Positions 61,291-64,000 of a stretch of DNA of 64,000 bases are shown here, one piece after another. The notes beneath the pieces are model-generated. The model was not told the origin of the DNA. It did not search any database and saw only the letters and a program-made list of their open reading frames with translations. This DNA comes from Longimicrobium sp. Lineage in GTDB: Bacteria > Gemmatimonadota > Gemmatimonadetes > Longimicrobiales > Longimicrobiaceae. The position numbers and the translations under genes are program-made. The stretch spans positions 3,121-67,120 of the forward strand of contig NZ_DASWNM010000103.1 in the NCBI RefSeq assembly GCF_036399255.1, read 5' to 3'. The first letter of the stretch is position 1. Each line of letters begins with the position of its first letter.

Positions 61291-62331
61291 TCAGCTCAGC
61301 ACCACCGTGCCATCGCCGGGGACGATTTCCCCCGCGATCCACGCCCGCTCGCCCGCGGCGGACAGATCCCGCACCGTCGCGTCCGCATCGTCCGCCGCGA
61401 CGACCGCCACCATCCCCACGCCCATGTTGAAGGCGCGGAACATCTCGCCCTGCTCCACCCCGCCCTCGCGCTGAAGCACCCGGAACAGGGGCGGCACCGT
61501 CCAGCTGGAGAGGGAGAAGCGCGCGTCCACCCCGGGCGGCAGAATGCGGGGCACGTTGTCCACCAGCCCGCCGCCCGTGATGTGCGCCAGCCCGCGGACG
61601 CGCCCGGCCTCGACAAGCGGATACAACGACCCGAGGTACGACCTGTGGACGCGCAGCAGCACGTCGGCCACGCTGCCGTCCTCCTCGGGAAAGGCATCGT
61701 CGGGCCCCAGCCCCATCCGCTCGAAGACGATGCGGCGCGCCAGCGAGTAGCCGTTGGTGTGCAGCCCGGTGGACGCCAGGCCCACGAGCACGTCGCCCGC
61801 GCGGATGGCGCGGCCGTCCAGCACCCGGTCCTCCTCCACCATGCCGACGATGGTGCCGGCCAGGTCGTACTCGCCGGGGGCGTACATGTCGGGCATCTCG
61901 GCCGTCTCGCCGCCCAGCAGCGCGCACCCGTTCTCGCGGCACCCGCGCGCCACCCCGCTCACCAGCTCCTCGACCACCCCCGGCTGCAGCTTGCCCACGC
62001 CCACGTAGTCCAGGAAGAAGAGCGGCTTTGCGCCCTGCACCAGGATGTCGTTGACGCAGTGGTTCACCAGGTCTTCGCCCACGGTGCCGTGGCGGCCGGT
62101 TGTGAACGCCACCTTCAGCTTGGTCCCCACGCCGTCCGTGGAGGCGACGAGAACCGGCGCCCGGGCGTCGCGCGGCACGCGGTACAGCCCGCCGAACGAG
62201 CCCAGCTCCGACAGCGTGTCGGCCGTCGCGGTGGACCGGACCAGCGCGGCGACGCCCTTCATGGCCTGGTGCGCCGCGTCGATGTCGACGCCCGCGGCGG
62301 CGTACGACAGCCCGCCCGCGGAATCAGACAC
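61291..62331 (-). CDS. purM: Phosphoribosylformylglycinamidine cyclo-ligase
   Basis: YAAAGVDI, STDGVGTK, GGETAEMP, HTNGYSL, HITGGG, FNMG. Confidence 0.96.
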   Translation of the reverse strand: MSDSAGGLSYAAAGVDIDAAHQAMKGVAALVRSTATADTLSELGSFGGLYRVPRDARAPVLVASTDGVGTKLKVAFTTGRHGTVGEDLVNHCVNDILVQGAKPLFFLDYVGVGKLQPGVVEELVSGVARGCRENGCALLGGETAEMPDMYAPGEYDLAGTIVGMVEEDRVLDGRAIRAGDVLVGLASTGLHTNGYSLARRIVFERMGLGPDDAFPEEDGSVADVLLRVHRSYLGSLYPLVEAGRVRGLAHITGGGLVDNVPRILPPGVDARFSLSSWTVPPLFRVLQREGGVEQGEMFRAFNMGVGMVAVVAADDADATVRDLSAAGERAWIAGEIVPGDGTVVLS

Positions 62332-63247
62332 CGGCGTCCACCGGCAGCTCGAAGACGGTCATCTCGCGGAACTGGCGCACGCGGTCCTCGATCTCGTCCG
62401 CCGTGAGGTCCTTGAAGCGCTCGACCGAGAACTTTTCCACCGCGAACGAGCCCAGTACGCTGCCGTAGACCACCGCGCGGCGCATGTCGGCGTCTTCCAG
62501 GCCGCCGGAGCGGGCCAGGTGCGCCATGAAGCCGCCCGCGAAGGCGTCGCCGGCGCCGGTGGGGTCGAACACGTCTTCCAGCGGGTAGCCGGGCGCAAAG
62601 AAGGTGGAGTGCGGGGTAAACAGGATGGCCCCGTGCTCGCCCTTCTTGATGATCAGGTAGCGCGGTCCGCGGTCCAGGATCCACCGCGCGGCCTTGGCCA
62701 GGTTGCTCTGGCCGCTGAGCTGGCGCGCCTCGGCGTCGTTCACCATCAGCAGGTCCACCCGCGTCAGCAGCTCCATCAGGCGGGTGCGCTTGATCTCGAT
62801 CCACAGGTTCATGGTGTCGCAGGCCACGAAGCGCGGCCTGTGCACCTGCTCGAGGACGTTGATCTGCAGCTCGGGGTCGATGTTGCCCAGGAACACCCAC
62901 TCCGCGTCGCGAAACTGCTCGGGGATCTTGGGCGCGAAGTCGGCGAACACGCCCAGGCGCGTCTCGAGCGTCTCGCGGCTGTTCAGGTCGTAGCTGTACA
63001 CGCCCGACCAGCGAAAGCTCTCGCCCTTTGCGCGCTCCAGCCCGGCCAGGTCCACGCCGCGCTCCGACAGAAAGCCCAGCGCGTCCAGCGGGTAGTCGGC
63101 ACCCACCACGCCCACCAGCTGCACCGGGTGCAGCAGCGACGCGGCGGCCGAAAAGAAGGTGGCGCTGCCGCCCAGCGCGTCTTCCGCGCGGCCGAACGGG
63201 GTTTCGACGGTGTCCAGCGCTACGCTGCCGACGACGAGAAGCGACAT
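62324..63247 (-). CDS. PfkB-family carbohydrate/nucleoside kinase
   Basis: VGSVALD, LGGSA, DTMN, DPTGAGDAFAGG. Confidence 0.92.
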   Translation of the reverse strand: MSLLVVGSVALDTVETPFGRAEDALGGSATFFSAAASLLHPVQLVGVVGADYPLDALGFLSERGVDLAGLERAKGESFRWSGVYSYDLNSRETLETRLGVFADFAPKIPEQFRDAEWVFLGNIDPELQINVLEQVHRPRFVACDTMNLWIEIKRTRLMELLTRVDLLMVNDAEARQLSGQSNLAKAARWILDRGPRYLIIKKGEHGAILFTPHSTFFAPGYPLEDVFDPTGAGDAFAGGFMAHLARSGGLEDADMRRAVVYGSVLGSFAVEKFSVERFKDLTADEIEDRVRQFREMTVFELPVDAGV

Positions 63248-63340
63248 GGGTCCCGGTGTATGTGGATGAGAAGCAGGAACTTCGTGAGTCGGGTACTCGG
63301 AACTTCAGGGTGCTGCACGGTCTTCACGCTGCGCCGGCGG

Positions 63341-64000
63341 GGGGTGCCCCTCCCCCGGCCCCTCCCCGTTCGTTCCTCACGGAGAGGGGAGAATTCGATC
63401 GGGCGTCGGACACTTCAGGCTGCGTCCGCGGGCGCCCCCTCCGCTCGCTCAGGCTCGCACCTCCCCCAAAACTGCTGGGGGAGGTTGGGTGGCCGACAGG
63501 TTGGGGCGCTTCGAACTGCATTGGACTGCGACCGCGGGGTGCCCCTCCCCCGGCCCCTCCCCGTTCGTTCCTCACGGAGAGGGGAGAATTCGATCGCGCT
63601 TCGGACGCTTCAGACTGCGTCCGCCAGCGCGCCCTCCGCTCGCTTAGGCTCGCACCTCCCCCAAAACTGCTGGGGGAGGTTGGGTGGCCGACAGCTCGGG
63701 GCTCGGCGACGAGCATTGATCTGTCGCCCGAAGCGGCCCCCTCTCCTCCGGCCCCCTCTCCCCCGCTGTCGCGGGAGAAAGGGGAGAATTCGATCGTGAT
63801 TCCTCAGCGACCGCTTTGCCACTCCCCCAAACCGCTACGTGGCAGACACTTGCCCGTACCACGGAGCCGCCAGTCCGCGAAGGCGGCCTTCGTGTGGTTG
63901 TTGCAGCGAATTCATTCGCCCTCGCGGAAAAGGGAGAATTCGATCGCGCTCCGGCACTTTCGGCACACGCCAACCTCCCCCAGCAGTTTTGGGGGAGGTG
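63341..64000. repeat. Composite REP-like cluster (B1-B2-B1-B2-B1'-B3), runs off the window
   Basis: Same modules as the other clusters. Confidence 0.88.

Overview
GC-rich bacterial chromosomal window. Gene order and style (hprK-PTS-ptsI-metK, rib-nusB, recO, BTAD/TPR regulator, Oar-type TonB receptor) suggest Gemmatimonadota, probably Longimicrobium-like (inference). The housekeeping backbone includes mutS, recO, metK, a mannose-family PTS, ribD/ribE/ribBA/ribH/nusB, purM and a cystathionine beta-synthase. Two accessory blocks stand out. (1) 1.7-9.4 kb, minus strand: DsbA, AraC, a 66-aa secreted Cys peptide (VSEACA/Q), a six-bladed propeller, a MurNAc-L-Ala amidase, a monofunctional transglycosylase and an O-antigen-ligase/TPR protein. 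It looks like an NVEALA-type peptide/propeller locus coupled to peptidoglycan-glycan chemistry and is the best candidate for an undescribed system. (2) 28.9-38.2 kb: an internally duplicated FWS-motif protein, a membrane-anchored BTAD regulator, and a LodA/GoxA-type CTQ oxidase fused to a vWA domain with its LodB-like flavoprotein. A class A beta-lactamase is translationally coupled inside the riboflavin cluster. Intergenic DNA is dense with REP/REPIN-like palindromes, including a 323-bp tandem array with A/B alternation. No rRNA, tRNA, CRISPR array or transposase was seen. All calls come from motif recognition by eye; no searches were run.
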